From the NCBI GenBank assembly GCA_965287045.1, contig OZ336885.1:64170001-64234000 (forward strand): a stretch of DNA of 64,000 nt, read 5' to 3'. The notes under the pieces are model-generated. The model was given only the letters and a program-made list of their open reading frames with translations, ran no database searches and was not told the origin of the DNA. This DNA comes from Carcharhinus amblyrhynchos. Lineage: Eukaryota. The translations under genes and the position numbers were made by a program. Positions 49,501-64,000 of this stretch are shown piece after piece. Position 1 is the first letter of the stretch. Every line of letters starts with the position of its first letter.

Positions 49501-52500
49501 ATTGAATTCATGCAATCCATTTATTTTCGTAAATGGTAATATTGTTAGTTGAGGATTTTTTGAAGGAATTTGTTGTTCAATAACGCCGGAGGCCTTATGT
49601 GGACCCGATCTTTGGCAAATTTCACATCCAGCTTTTTGGACATGATTGTTCATGCGATGTTTAGGAGTACATGTTGATAACAATTCATACGGAATATTGC
49701 ATTTTCAGTCAGAAAATATCAATAATGATGTTAACAAAACTTAGATAAATTCATTTCTGATCTCTTAACGTTTTCACTTCTGCTTCATTCCTTGAATAAA
49801 TCTTTATAGACACATGCATACGTTGGTTAGAACTTTCTTACGTTCACGAACTTTGGTCTTAATCAAGAGTGCATTTATTAATGAAAATCTCTATTCTATG
49901 TCAACAATACGATTATTATATGCTTGCATTACTCACCGTCTGTTTTGCACTTCATGCGCAATTCTACGGAATAAATTATGAATGGTTGAGAGAGAACAAT
50001 GAAACATTAGATTAAAACAAATCTTGTTTTAATTGTGTATTCTTCTACCTTCTTGACATTCCTTTATTGTTTCTTCTGCAGAATGGATACAAAAAAAACG
50101 ATGTATGACTGCATATTACTCGCAAAGTGGAAGCTAAAACATTGTTCCGGCCCAAATGCTTCACGTCTGTTTATACGTCAGAACTAGTCAGCCAACGGAA
50201 AACAAATCAGTTTACGTTTTATAATTTGTCAATAATGAATTGAAAAAGGCATTCCCAAGCATGCAAAATATTTCCACTTTTTTTTTTGGTCGAAGGCATG
50301 CCAGTGTGCATTTCGGGATGAAAGAGTAGTGGGTGAGATATGGATACGGGTCATATTTGCAATTCAGTAAATAAGTATTCTGGCTGTTTATCATCAGCAA
50401 TCTAATTTGGTTTCACGATGCCAACTACTCATCGACTCCTGGATTATTTATTTTGCCTTCATTGACACTATCGAGACTATCCTACAACACTATCTAGATT
50501 ATTTTATGTAAAATAACTATATGTTTTGCTTATGAAACATGCCTTTCCCTTTTTTCAGCATACAGGCCCTTTCATCATTCAGGGAAACGTAACAACACAT
50601 ACAGACGCAAGTAACATTGTTCCCAAGTTCAATAAAAAAAACACATATCTCAGCATGCAACAGTCAACCCCTTTTTTTTGTATGTCTCCCTTCACCTGCT
50701 TTATTCAGTTTGCGCTTCAATTTTTCCAGCTCTAAAAATAAAAATTCAAAATTTTAGCCTTTAATCTCATAACGTATTCGGCCAGAAAAAAAAAACTCTT
50801 AAGACTTTTGTTTAATTTCCAGGAATAAAATATGCCACCTCCTTACAGTTATTAAATGTATTGTTTCTGGAACACCGTTCAAGGAAAGCTTTGACAGTAG
50901 CAAGAAGCTATGAGACCAGAGTTCCATTCAAATATATTTTGCAAAATTACAAACTGGACTTTTTATTTGCAGAACTTGCAACCTCAAGAACATTTCACAA
51001 CAATGTTTAATTATCAGGTGTATGTAATGATGAACTGTAGGAAGGGTGCATCTAATTCATGAAAATCTAGATACAACTAAATAAGATAACAGTGCCCCAA
51101 GAAATAATACTGTTATGTTTTGTCATGTTGTGATATGTATCAATGCTGTTCAGACACATCGAGAAAACAACAAGGTTGTGCCTCGACCTGGCTGATGTGA
51201 GTCATTCATCTTCTGTTCACACAAGTCAGAGCTTCAACAAATGATCTAACCTGGAATCACCTTTGAGTTTGACAGGTTTAACAAATTTAACAGAAATAAC
51301 TCTTCTACGCAAGATTCAAAATCATTACATAGATCGTGAATTTCTATCCATCGCAGCATTACTCAAGCAATTTCATGAAACCAGAGGAAGTTTCGGGTTG
51401 AAAACGTAGACTAGCAGATGTAGATAAATATGAATTTTCTTAATGAATGTATTTCATTTTGGAATAGTGGATGTGCTTTGTCATGCCCTGGAAGATAAAG
51501 AGACTGAACACAACTTGGTAGCTGACTCAATACTGCCTTTGTTCATCGTCAGTATTGTTGATAAGATGTGCTCCTTGCTCATTGTGTCAACGTCATTGCA
51601 GTGACGACATGACGACAACTGAAAAACTATGCTCTGAAGCCTTAAGGAAGATGAATAAATCCAAATCTGCACATATTGCGCGCATATTCTGCCTAACTCC
51701 TTATTGTCATAAAAGCTGTCTTCAATGAAATTGTGGCTTTACAATATAACATAACATAATATAGTATGACATTATATTATAATGTTATAACATAATAACA
51801 TTATAAATTTGCGTCTATAATGCAAATCATAGATTGTGTAGAGCGTCTATTCAATTCAATCTCGGCAGTCAATAGAAAAACGAAATAACCAGGTCGGAAT
51901 CATTTGGAGCCTTATTAAGAGTGAACATCGTTCAGCATTTAAGCAAATTCATCAGTGAGGCGGCCCACCAATCGATTAATAACTTCGTAATTTCTGGTAT
52001 TCAGTGATCAAAATCTTGCAAATGACCAGGAGGTTGAACAGTGACATGAAGTAAGTGTCGTGTTTCTGCTGAAGAGTAACGTCAGACGTAACTGGGGTAA
52101 GGCATTCTTCTTCCGATTTCATACACCTTCCAACACCAACCAAACAGTCTATGGCCCATTGAAGTAATGTTTAAAGTACACATAAAATGACAACTGTCTT
52201 TTTAATTGCACTGTTTTACTGAGCAAGTAATTGTATAATGCAGCATTTCGAAAAAAAAACATTGTATATATCGACTTCCCCTCGTTTGCAAAGATGACAA
52301 CTAAGTTTACCGCTGGCTGAAACAGGCTAATCTTCACTCTTGTGATATTACTTTTTTTTTGTAATCTATCCATAGTGGAAACATTTGTCCGCCAAATAAC
52401 AAAACAAAGACGCCAATCTTTCCCTTTGCACTGAAAGCAATAGGAACACTCGATCACGTTCTTGAACATTTAATTGCGTAATTCCCTTCATTGTCTTTAT

Positions 52501-54456
52501 TTTTTTGTGCGTCCCTGTGCGGTGTAACCATTGCTGTGAAAGTAATATTGGACGAAATTTAACAGACATAACTGGTCGAATAAAAATATAACCAACGTTA
52601 AGGTTAAAAAAAAAACATACCTATAGTTCCTTCTAACACCCTCTGATCTATAATTAAAGCGAAATAGCATTCAGGTCAAATAAATCCTAAAATATTGTTT
52701 TTAATTGATCCGACGCCATAGTTGTCAAATGCATTGATTTTTTTGAACAAAATATCATAAATTAGGGAAACATTTGCACTATGATTTTGTCACTGGGCTT
52801 GCAATTTGAAGGCGAACAGTAATGCACACACAATATGAATTTCATGAGATACACATGGCTAGCAAGTAATATATCAGATTGCGATTTTTGCTATGCCTAT
52901 GCGTGGAAATATTTGGAACGTTCTCCTTCTGGCTCAACAAACAATATGAAATGAAATTTTACCAAATTCCTTGCTCGTAATTCACAGCTTAATTTGGTAT
53001 TTGTTTACTAAATACGATGCAATATCCCCGTTAGATAACCACAACAGGATGTGTGCATTTTTACATTAGCTGCACACTCACAATTAATATTCGATCTCAC
53101 AAACAGAGCTTGGCCAGTGTGTATATCGTGCTTCAAAAACGAAACAGTGCGAATTCCACGTGACTTGACAAAAACTTCAACGTGAACCTCCAATTTATCT
53201 CTATTGTCCACACATTCAACGTAATGAAAACATTATTATTTCTGGATTCAACACATGTTTACAGCATTTAGTTTGATTAAGGAGGCTTGCTCACCATTAC
53301 TTTTGCACTTGGCTCGTAACTCTACAAGGACAAGAACATGAGTTAAACGAGCAAAGTCGGGACAACTATCAAATTCTGATCGCGGTCAACATTTTTATAC
53401 TTACCTATTTCGCAATCCAACATTTTTCGTTCTGAATGAGAAGAACAGGGTAGAGTGTAAGAAATCAGGCGTCCGACTGTTTTTAACTGAGTCTTTATGC
53501 TTTTATTGCAGTAACACTTTTCCTTATTGGGTCAGTATCTGACAGTTTTACCATGTAAATGATCTTTCATTTTGCTATATGTGTTTTAGATTATGATGCA
53601 CAAATAGAGAACGGCGAAGACCCAAATGATTTGATTGCATTTTCTTCGATAGTTCACACCAAAGACGCAAGTTTTCAATTAATGCGGAATTTGACTTGGG
53701 CATCAATACACCAGTTGATGAATGGCTATCCCGGGGGAGGAGTTGTGTTGAGGTTATCAAACGATAGGTGTGGCATTGATTTTACCCTCGCCATCGCAAT
53801 GCAACAGAAAATATGTGAATTGTAGACGAAAGAACAGATGTGTTGTTAAAATCAATTTCATCTGTAGTTGCATGAGAACGGGTAGTTTCGAGATTGACAA
53901 GTTCTTAAGAAAATCGAGAAATTAGCTGGCAAGTGCATTGCTTGAAACTGCTGCAGTGATTTTATTTTTGAATTATGAGTTCTAAAACTGCGTCTCTGAT
54001 ATAAAGATAGTTTTGACGGAGCTGGATACATTGCATTTCAATGAACTGTTTGGTTCGCTGGAGAGATCCTACCACTCGATGCATAATTCATGTAATTAGT
54101 AGGCGGACATAATGGCGGCGAAAGCATTTAATATAATGCAACCGCTATCCATGACTTAGTTTGTCACTGCAGAAATGCTGCTTTACGCCAACATGAACCT
54201 TACATGGTAGCTCTGTGGATTTCCAATTTACTTGCCATAGCTGGCAGAAATTTTGAAGAAATGACGGATATTTCGAATCCATCTGTAACTCCTTTCACGA
54301 CAGTTACTAATACAATATGTAATTTGTCGCATTTCTGCTCGACTACTCAATATTGCAATGGCACTGCGTGTCAGTCAGTTTTGTTTTGTAGGTGGTGCTT
54401 TCAAAACTGTTAATTATCCAAATAGGCTTTCTGTGCTCCAATTTGCTATTCGCTTA

Positions 54457-55432
54457 AGAACGAAGAACAAAAATCAGCCCGGGAAACAGGCCCTTCGGCC
54501 CAATGATCCCGCGCACCATCTCAACACCACCAGTCCACCTCTCTTCTCATGACCGCTATCTAATGTTTTATGTCCATCCAGATTGAGGGAAACTGATTTA
54601 GGGACAATTTATTACTGCCAATCAGCCTAACAGCACATCTTTGGGGTGTGGAAGGGAACCGGAGAACCGGGAGAAAACCCACGCAATCACGGGGAGAATG
54701 TGCAAACTCCCACAGACACCGGCCCAAATCCATGTGTCTGCACAGCAATCAGCGATAGTCACTGAGCTGTCGTCTTGCCCAGTATCTTGTCCAGTGTAGG
54801 CACACACTAACGACATGAAGCACTAGGCCAATCTTGAACAACCAAGAGCAGCCCCAGTACGACCCATAGCGTGTATTCCCCTCGTTGGACACGAGGTGGA
54901 CCGACTTAAAACCTGTGAATGAAAGAGAAAAAAAACATTATTATCATACTGTACCCATTTACATTACCAGGGACGCCCCAATGCTAATGACCCTTATTTG
55001 AAAGGTTCTCCTATATCCACACATCTCCAACTCAGTCATATGCCTGTCTAAGTTACTCTTAAAGGACTCTAGCGTGTTTGCCTCCACCACCTTACTTGAC
55101 AGAGCATTCCATACCCCCACTACCCTCTGTGTGAAAAACCTCCCTCTAATATCTGTTGTACCGCTCCCCCCTCACCTTAAGTCCATGGCCCCTTGTCCTA
55201 CGTGCCTCTATTATAGGAAATAGCTTACCTCTGTTTTCTCTATCTATACCCGTCATAATCTTTTATACCTCTATTAGATCCCCCCCCGCCCCTCAGTCGG
55301 CGTCTTTCAAGGGAAAAGAGCCCCAATTTCTTCAATCTTTCCTCATACCCCAGTCCTTCCATATCAGGCAACATCCTGGTAAACCTCCTCTGCACTCTCC
55401 CCCGAGTCTCCACGTCCTTCCAGTCTTTCCCC
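54457..55432 (-). mobile_element. CR1 3' fragment, diverged relative of the 3209-7832 family (same V-domain 3' UTR)
   Basis: [35 protein letters not shown]; the UTR aligns to 7350-7832. Confidence 0.9.
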
Positions 55433-57799
55433 TGAGGCTTAATTAGTTTATAATATCCCTGCACTGCAAAACTGTTACTATTTTGTCGTTCAAGCTCATT
55501 TATCCATCCCATTCTCAACAACATAACACACAACATTTTTCCAATCGCTCTTTAGTTGTGACAAGTGTTAGTTTTGAAATTTCATACTATGCGATCAGAT
55601 TTTTTTTGTGTTTCTCTTGCACATTCATCATACGTTGCCACTAATTGTAAGTCCAGTTAAGTACTCATGGAAATGGTAATTGGACATGGGATTACTGTAA
55701 TACATTTATTCTGGATCACACAGAAGGAAAATATGATGTTAATATTTCAGGCAATATATTGAAGAAATTTCAGACTATAAAGTCAATGGGACAAACGATT
55801 CAGTTTGATACAGGGCCGGATTGCCGCATACAATAACAAGTAATGACATCAGACTTTTTACGTTCCAAAAAACACTCTTACGTGTTTCTTGCAGATCCGT
55901 TTTCATTCTCTCTAATTCTGCATGGCAAAATAAAACCGGTTCAGAATTGTGGACAACTGACGGACATTAATATATTTGCAGAAAATTGTATTATTCAGAT
56001 GCATGATGGACATAACATGACAGCGATCTGCCTCGTTTCAGCTTGACGTGTTGTAATCATCATTAAATGTAAACATCTTGTCACAATAACTTTTTACAAA
56101 AAAACGATGCAATTTAAACTGCTTCCGATATGAAATGAACACAAATCTATATGTTAATAAGCCGAAAGAGAAAATTTTCAGAACAAAATTACTTTGTGAT
56201 TTTGATTTTTATACAGTCAATGAAAGCAAGCAAGAAAACTGAGAAAAAAAAGAATGAACTGTCAGAAGAAATCTTTTGTGTTCATAAAGATTTAATCGGC
56301 CAGTGCCCTGAGAAGACAACTGAGAACTTGAATGCTTTGCAAATATTTTCTAAGTGTTGAAACTGGATTGGAAATACGAGGAAGGGACTAAACAATTTGT
56401 GATGGTATTCTAAACATCGGACATGAGTATGTAAACCATGTCTGTGGCATACCATATAGCGGCATATCTGCAGGGCGACGAAAATAACAGGACATGCTTT
56501 TTTTTTCTCTGGTCGATTATAATTAGTACAATTCTTGATATATTCAGTTCGAGGCAAAGGCAAATTAAGCAGTTATAAGTCATTACTTTGGGATGAGTGA
56601 CGTAATTTGGTCAAGAATGGAGTGCAATATTAGCCGTGGAAATAATCAAGACTTTCTCCGTCGGTGGTTGAGCCCTGGAGTTTATTTTAAAACATATTTA
56701 GGAAGTACTTTTGTGATCATACGTAATGCATAATTTTAAAAAAACATTTAACGCTTGGAATACTCTTAGATTAATAGACTTTCTTAGCGTATCAATGTTG
56801 GTAAAAATAAACACAAACATTTTATTGGTGCAAGTTGTTACTTAAAAAAAATCAGATAGAAGATCTTCTGTAAGTACGGAGCAGATATGCGCTCAAAAAA
56901 TCTCTTTGACTTTGGGAACACGAATGGAGATCAATCAGAATGAATGTTTGGTTCTCTGCTGTCCTTGAAGAAGAAAAAATTACTGAAATGTCTCTGATCA
57001 AATTTGTTACCTAACAGGACGACATAATGAAAGCACAAAGGGATATTGACATGGAAAATGAGAGGAAGTAAATTATTGCAGAGGGAATTCGCATGAGTTT
57101 GCTTTCAATCGTTCGATGCAACAGTTCAGTGTAAATATCAATTTGGTCTCAAAATTTCAAACTTTTAAACATGGATATTGAAGAACATATGAACCTAGTG
57201 ATGCTTAAATATATCAAGTCGTAAGATGACAGGTGGAATATAATATGACGTCATTTAATTTGGTAGGAAGACAGGGAAATCGGAATATTTTCAAATGCAG
57301 AATGTCTGTTTTTAATTGATGCATAGACAGTTTTGGGGACCTGAGAAAACAATCTTTTCTTTTGTCCTTCAATATAAGGATATTTACTGCCTGAGCAAAC
57401 AAGCCTGCCTCGGCAGAAGTGTGTGTTTGTGTGGGAGGACTAAGGGGGCGGCGCGGGGGTTGGGGGGGGGGGGGTGTTGGGTGGCGGTTGCTGGTACATA
57501 TCGCCATTCTTCGCGTAATGTGCATCGTTCCCCACTCACTATTTAATGAAAATGCATTTTATATTTCAGGCTGGTTGTGAAATGTTAATGATGATGCATA
57601 TTGTGATGAAGGTGTTACTCTGTTATGACAGGGTTCTTAAACATACCGTAGCGTTCACAAGGTTAAGGTGAAGAGGAAGTGTTTTGAGAAAACCTGATGG
57701 ACACATCTGTTTTCATTCGCAAATACTGGTTCCCTCTTTTAGTTTTGGCAAAGCAACCTACCCAATCAAGTATAACCGTGTAAAATCTTAGAAACCTGA

Positions 57800-58075
57800 C
57801 AGCGCTGATGGCCAATTCAAACCATCAATTCTGGACCGACAACTATATCATATAGACCCTTTCTGCAATATCCCACATATGTACCCCGTAAACATTTGCA
57901 TCCTGGGACACTGAGGGACAAATTCGCACCTAAGACGTGCATCTTTCGACTATCGGACGGAACTGGAGCACCAGGTGGAAATCCAAGCAGATACAGGGAG
58001 GGCTTGCATCCTCTACACGCAGAAAACCACGAATTCAACCTCTGTCCTGGAGATGTGAGGCAGTAATTCTGTGTT
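57800..58075 (-). mobile_element. Decayed SINE remnant
   Basis: GCATCTTT.GACT...AACTGGAGCACC.GG.GGAAA.CC V-domain-like text. Confidence 0.55.
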
Positions 58076-58200
58076 GCTTTGACGGTTCTTTAAATGCGGA
58101 AATTGGTATCAAAAATGTTGGCTTCATCACCGCCTTGGCGTTCCTAATCTTGCTATGTCTGGCAGGTACAGTACGATTCCATCACCTCTTCATTTAACCC

Positions 58201-58252
58201 ATAATGATAATAATAATAAGAATGACAATAATGATGATAATAATAATAATAA
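58201..58252. repeat. Imperfect (AAT)n microsatellite
   Basis: Seen directly. Confidence 0.9.
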
Positions 58253-58355
58253 ATGCTCTGTATCTTGTCTCTGTCTTCCTCACTGCTTCACGTAGTCCGA
58301 CAGATTTTTCGGGTGCTACCAATGATACTTTCTGAGTGCATTCCACCGGCAACAG

Positions 58356-59865
58356 GCTGGGCAATAGGAGACAGAGCGTAGTTGTTGAGGGGACCTTTTC
58401 GGGCTGGAGGCCAGTGACCAGTGGTGTGCCGCAGGGCTCACTACTGGGACCTCTCCTCTTTGTAGTATACATAAACGAGTTGGAAGAGAGCGTAAATGGT
58501 GTGATCAGCAAGTTTGCGGATGACACCAAGATGGCAGGGTTGGCGGATACTGAAGTGGAATGTCCGGTGATACAACAAGATATAGATAGGTTGGTACATT
58601 GGGTAGATAGGTGGCAGACGGAATTTAATCCTGACAAATGCGAGGTGATGCATTTTGGAAGGAATAATGCAGAGAGGAGCTACGTGATAAAAGGTAGACC
58701 GATTAGGAGTATAGAAATACAGAGGGACCTGGGAGTGCAGGTTCACAAGCCTATGAAGGTTGCCACACAAGTGGAGAAGGTTGTGAGGAAAGCTTATGGA
58801 ATGTTAGCCTTTATAGGAAGGGGTATAGAGTATACGAGCTGCCGTCTAATGCTTCAGTTGTACAGAACGCTGGTCAGACCGCATTTGGAGTACTGCGTCC
58901 AGTTCTGGTCACCTTACTACCGGAAGGACGTGGAGACTCTGAAGAGGGTGCAGAGGAGGTTTACCAGGATGTTGCCTGGCATGGAGGGACTGAGTTACGA
59001 GGAAAGGTTGGAGAAACTGGGACTTTTCTCCTTGGAAAGACGGAGATTGAGGGGGGACATGATAGGGGTATATAAGATACTGAAGGGAATAGATAGAGTC
59101 AATAGTGAGATACTGCTCCCTAGACTGGGTACAATTACGAGAGGTCATGATCTAAGTGTGAGGGGGGAGAGGTATAATTTGGATGTGAGAAGAAGGTTCT
59201 TCACGCAGCGGGTCGTGGAGGTATGGAAAGCGCTACCGAGTAGGGTGGTGGAGGCAGGAACGTTGGACTCGTTTAAGGTTCACTTAGACAGACACATGAG
59301 CGAAACGAGGATGGAGGGTTATACTAGGGGGTATTAAATAAGTTCAGAGCCTCGGGAGGCACCGGAAATGCAGACTTGTATGTTAACGTTTTTGTCTTTT
59401 TATTCCGCACGTGGAGGTCTAACTTGTTGTCAAACGAGGGGCATGCACACGGTGGGTCGTGCGTGGGCTGCTCTTGGAGGTTCCGGGAGTGGCCAAGTAC
59501 TTCGTGTCGGTGTTCGTGCTTGATCCTGGACCGGTAGACTGGCGCCGCAACAGCTCAGTGACTAGCACTGCTAGCTGTGCAGATACATGGATTTGGGCCT
59601 GTGTCTGTGGGAGTTTGCGCATTCTCCCTGTGGTTGCGTGGGTTTCCTCCGGGCGCTCCGGTTTCCTCCCACACCCCAAAGATGTGCTCTTAGGCTGATT
59701 GGTTTACCAAATTGGCACTATTCTCCCCTGAATCTGGCTAAGTTCGGGGTTCCATTCGTAGACACGCAGGGTAGAATAGGTGTAGGATGATGCGGCGGCG
59801 CGGGCTCGTTGGGCCGAAGGGCCTGTTTTCCGTGCTGGGTTGTTCTTTGTTCTTTGTTCTTTGTT
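58356..59865 (+). mobile_element. 5'-truncated young CR1, same family as 3209-7832
   Basis: Uninterrupted RT C-terminal frame to 59337 (GVPQGS, KFADD), near-identical 3' UTR, (TGTTCTT)n tail. Confidence 0.97.
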
Positions 59866-59869
59866 AACA

Positions 59870-61250
59870 CAGTTTATTGAACGTCAACCCATTCCTCGCC
59901 TGTACTCACCTGCTAAGACCTCCGCTTCAAAAATATCATTAGTATAACTGCATTCTGGTATACGATTGGTTCATTTTCCTTGTCTCTATATGACATTAAT
60001 TCTTCATAGTCTAACTGTTCTTTTGTGACTCCATTAGTATTTTTGAGCCAAACTTCTCTGCCTAATCATTTGCGTGCATACGTACTTCTCTTACCATCTC
60101 ATGAATCACAGTGTCGGCTAAATGTACCTCTTTTTTTTTCATTTCTCGCCTTCCTGTTTTAACGTACGGCTTTGGGATCTGATCATTAATCAATCCAGAA
60201 GAAAACATCAGGATTTATTTATTTTCATGTTTTAACATCTCAGATCCCTGGTCCTCTTTTGGCATTTCCGTTTCAATGGACAACATAATCACCCCTGCTC
60301 TAATTATACCATTTCCAAGAATGAACTGTCTTCCTGGAATAGCGAGGTTTCCCATCACTCCCAAAATCACTTCCCATTACTGCATTGGAGTTTCTTGCCT
60401 GAGCTTACAAAGGAGAACACTACTCCTGCCTCGATTTGTCAAGCAGCTTACCAGTCTCTCTAGCAATATTTCATAAAGATTACACATATTTTCAACTCAC
60501 TATGAGCGAGAGGGACTGGCGCCAGTGTTTCTCAACATTTAAACGTCCTTAACTTGTCACCCTGCTCACGGGCTGAGAAAACCTTATGCACACAAGCGGA
60601 ATCTCTGAAAGCATCAGGCTCGACCTTATTTTCTACCCTGTATGTGTGCTATGCCCTCTCCTTCAGCTCCTCGTATTGTCTCAGGATTTCTTTCACTGCC
60701 TTAAATAGTCCCATGTGTTGTGCCTCTTTGATACATCCTTTTTCCCCATTGCCTTTTGTAAGCCATCAGTGCCTTGCCTTTGTGTGGCCCATCTCGTTAC
60801 GTTGTAAACTCCTTTTGTATGTTTTCTTTTTCCCCAAAGGTAGTAAGCAGCTCCCTGTGTGACGCACTTTGTTCTAGTTTTATTTAAGGACCTCCGTCTC
60901 TCCAAATTTAACTCGCACGAACTGAAATTACTGTGGCAAACCAAATTTCAATACATGTGCTAATATGTCTTATTCTCTCCCACGCTCAGCAGACATTTCG
61001 ATGTTCCAAACGTTGCCTTCTCCAATTTGTGTGTTGGGTTGGGCGATAAAATTCTGACACTTGAATTTTCATAGCAACAGGCCAGACGTTGCTGCTGGCT
61101 ATCAGCCGCTGCCGTTCACTTGATCAGGCAGAGCTCCAGTTTGTTGCCCATGCATTTGCAGAAGGAGTGTGGGAGGAAAATGTGCAACATGAACTCAGGG
61201 CGGGGGTTAAATGATCATCTACACGATTTGGTTAGCACAACGATAGAGAT
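59870..61250 (-). mobile_element. Possible ancient CR1 5' portion (ORF1/APE remnants)
   Basis: EFMLHIFLPHSFCKCMGNKLELCL resembles the ORF1 Zn finger; KEILRQYEEL and NLAIPG resemble esterase and APE segments, in the expected order. Weak. Confidence 0.35.
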
Positions 61251-62234
61251 TGACGACCGTTTCCAAAATGATAATCTTTCTATGGCCATTTTTGAAGGTA
61301 GTAAAGGAACCATGATGAGGGAAATTATATTTAAATTATTGCAGAACAACCTCCATGATGCAATTTCATAAATCTGAACGTGAGTCCTACTAAGAACTTG
61401 AAAAAGATGATAGAATTCGAACAGTTGTAACAAATTCATTCCGAACATCAGTGACCTCCTGTTGATTTTCCGCAATGGCAGAGTTGTAATTAATCGCTGT
61501 CTGGAAATTAATCAACGTGCCAAATCCCGACTCCATCATTATTCGAGGTATAAGATTGTTTATTCAATAAGGGTCCTGGAGTGCATGTCAGGAAAAATAA
61601 CACGCGTAATTTTCAATAATATTTCATAATCGTGAAGTCAAAACAACGAGTGCTTGCATGCAAAAGATAAAAGCAAACTGGCGTGTCAAGGAGGCAATTA
61701 CATGATTCCCAAACAGCTGTGCAGATTTAAGCTACTTACAACCAACACGTGCTGTTGTGAATGGTGGTTGACATTTCCTTTCTCGAGAGGCAGGCACCCC
61801 ATATATCCCCATTGAGTATGGTGGAAGTTGTGAGAAAAACAACACAAAATATAAGCAGTCGGTTTCAACAATCTTCAGTCAGAAGTGTCAAGTGAAGTTT
61901 CGGGCCCGCCTCCTGCAGTCATTCGAGATATCACGTATATTGTTCTCGATGGTAATTTAATTGACTCATCATGAAATCATGACAGGGCAGCAAAAGCGGG
62001 ACATTGAAATGACTGTGACTGCACGCAGAACTTCAACAACTATGCCACAAAACTTCTCACTCACGTAGAGCAGATGTTCCACTACAACTACAAAAATAGT
62101 ATCCACTGAGCAAATGTTGCCCAGTTCTGTCCTGAATGCACATAATAAAATACCATCCTTCACTGAGCTGCGAAACGTCCCAATTTCTTCTGCAGTATTG
62201 TGAAAGAATAGACATTAGCATTGCTACCATACAA

Positions 62235-62574
62235 AAATCACAGAATCGTGGAACCCTGCAGTGGAGAAAGATGCCCTTCGCCCCAGTGAGTCTCCACCAA
62301 CCACAAACCCACCCAGGACCAACCCCCAAATCTCTACATATTTTACCCACTAATCCTTCTAACCTAAGCATCCTAGTCAACTAAGGGGCAATTTTAGCTT
62401 GGCCAATCATCCTAACCCGCACATCTTTGGATTGTGGGAGGAAACCGGAGCACCCGGAGGAAACCCACACAGACACGAGAAGAATGTGCAATGTCCACAC
62501 AGACAGTGAACTGAGCCGGGAATCGAACGGAGGTCTCTGGAGCTGTGAAGCATCAGTGCTAAACACTGTGCTAC
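62235..62574 (-). mobile_element. tRNA-derived V-domain SINE (HE1-like)
   Basis: Reverse-complement A box (TAGCACAGTG), B box (GTTCGATTCCC), V-domain GGGTTTCCTCCGGGTGCTCCGGTTTCCTCCCAC. Confidence 0.9.
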
Positions 62575-64000
62575 TTTCAGTTTGGATTTTGTCAGCGTGC
62601 AAATGCCCTGATTTAATTCCAGTCTGTGTACAAATGTGTAGTGTGTCATTGAATACCAGAAATGGTTGAGGAACCGCTGCCCCGGACAGCAAGCCAACAA
62701 TTGACCAATTGAGAAATCAGCGCGCTGTAGCAAGACAACATAAATTGGAATCAGGATTGAAAACTTCTCGTGGCTGCAGTGAAGCTTCACAGGGAGACAA
62801 GTCGTTCAATTTGTCAGAGTTCAATCATTTTGCTGCGAAATCCACCTGTACCAATTCCGCTAATCAATGGCGATGCCAAATCATTTTCAGTCACTTTCCA
62901 ATCACCAGCCTTCATTTCATTTAGCATGGATATCGGCGAAAAAATAATGCACAGCATTGAAAACAATTCACGTTTCCACAGATGTTAACATCGTCCAGCT
63001 ACAAACAAAACAATAAGTGAACAATGTTCAATCTTGCTCTGAGACGTGGCAATAAAATTCCAGCCAGCCCTGCATCAGCAATCAGCAACAGATTATCCAA
63101 TCATTGCTCTTTGGGAAAAAAAACATTACCATTGGTGAATGGCTCTGCATAAACGTGTACAACTTGTGCCAAGGAAAATATTTTTTGGTTCATGATCTGA
63201 AATTCTCATGCCATTAAACCACATTCTAACACACCGATGCACAACTATCACCTCCAAGTTACAAGCAAGAATGTTATGGAATAGTCCACATTTGCTTTGA
63301 TTAGAGTTACTCTCACGTTACTCAAGAAACATGGCATCGTTGACGATAAAAAAACATACGTGATTGGTGTCTCTTCTGGGAGAATTCCCTCACACCAGCT
63401 TCTCCGAACTATAACAGCAGTGTCAACGTGTAAAGCATGCGCTTGTAACACTGCTAGAATCAAGGTTGGAATGATTACCGTGCAGACGGAGTCTACCATT
63501 CAGGAGAACATGCTCATTGGCCGTGTGTGAACAATGTCGCCTGCGTATTCAGTTTTACCACACTCATTTGGAAGGTAATCGTTTCTCATTCAATCTCACG
63601 GGCTCAAAATCGTGAAACAATTTTGCTTAAAGCACAGTGAATGTGTCAGGCCGTCTGGGACTGCAGTGTTTGAAGAAAGAAGATGACCACTTTATTAATG
63701 ACATTAATGAAATTAATGACAATCAATGATGACCCTCCCTCCGAGTGAAATCTCTCGCAAATATAGGGATTATTAAAACCTGTTTCCATTGATTACTCGG
63801 GGTTTCAACAGTGCATGCTGTCTTCACGTAGCAGTGTTTACATTCGCTGAATTTTGCCCAAAGCCAGAATCCAAAATTTGTCTCTCTTGCCTCTGCGGAA
63901 AAACGGTCTTTGATTCAGCTGAACGCCATAACATGACAATGATACAATGACGTACATATTCCTGACTTGGAAGAACATCGCCATTTTTTCGCTGTTCTCT

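Noticed and set aside
51777-51806. 12-bp inverted repeat TTATAATGTTAT / ATAACATTATAA
   Set aside because: Lies within low-complexity (ATAAC/AT)-rich sequence where such palindromes arise by chance
9020-63200. Very frequent A8-A12/T8-T12 runs, including inside old CR1 coding remnants
   Set aside because: Consistent with homopolymer slippage or long-read consensus error; no periodicity or pattern I could support

Overview
Vertebrate genomic DNA, most likely from a cartilaginous fish (shark or ray), judging by its CR1 LINEs, tRNA-headed V-domain SINEs and Penelope repertoire. It is AT-rich, packed with transposons and has one assembly gap (34277-34414). I could not identify any intact host gene. 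The first ~8.9 kb is the 3' part of a defective endogenous retrovirus: gag with a zinc knuckle, a pol reduced to the integrase tail, a long env resembling class I F-type fusion proteins (lokiretrovirus- or spuma-like) rather than a gamma/beta Env, then a PPT and a 648-bp 3' LTR. A near full-length CR1 LINE (5-bp TSD) is inserted into the env. Its ORF1 esterase has lost all four SGNH catalytic residues, and its 3' UTR carries a V-SINE domain and a conserved splice acceptor, a UTR shared by two further copies in the window. Other notable items are a U2-snRNA-headed polyadenylated retroelement (Keno-like), a Penelope element with inverted pLTRs, an 8-bp TSD and hammerhead ribozymes, a probable solo LTR, many CR1/SINE remnants, and scattered minus-strand exon-like stretches that may be one or more decayed unidentified genes.
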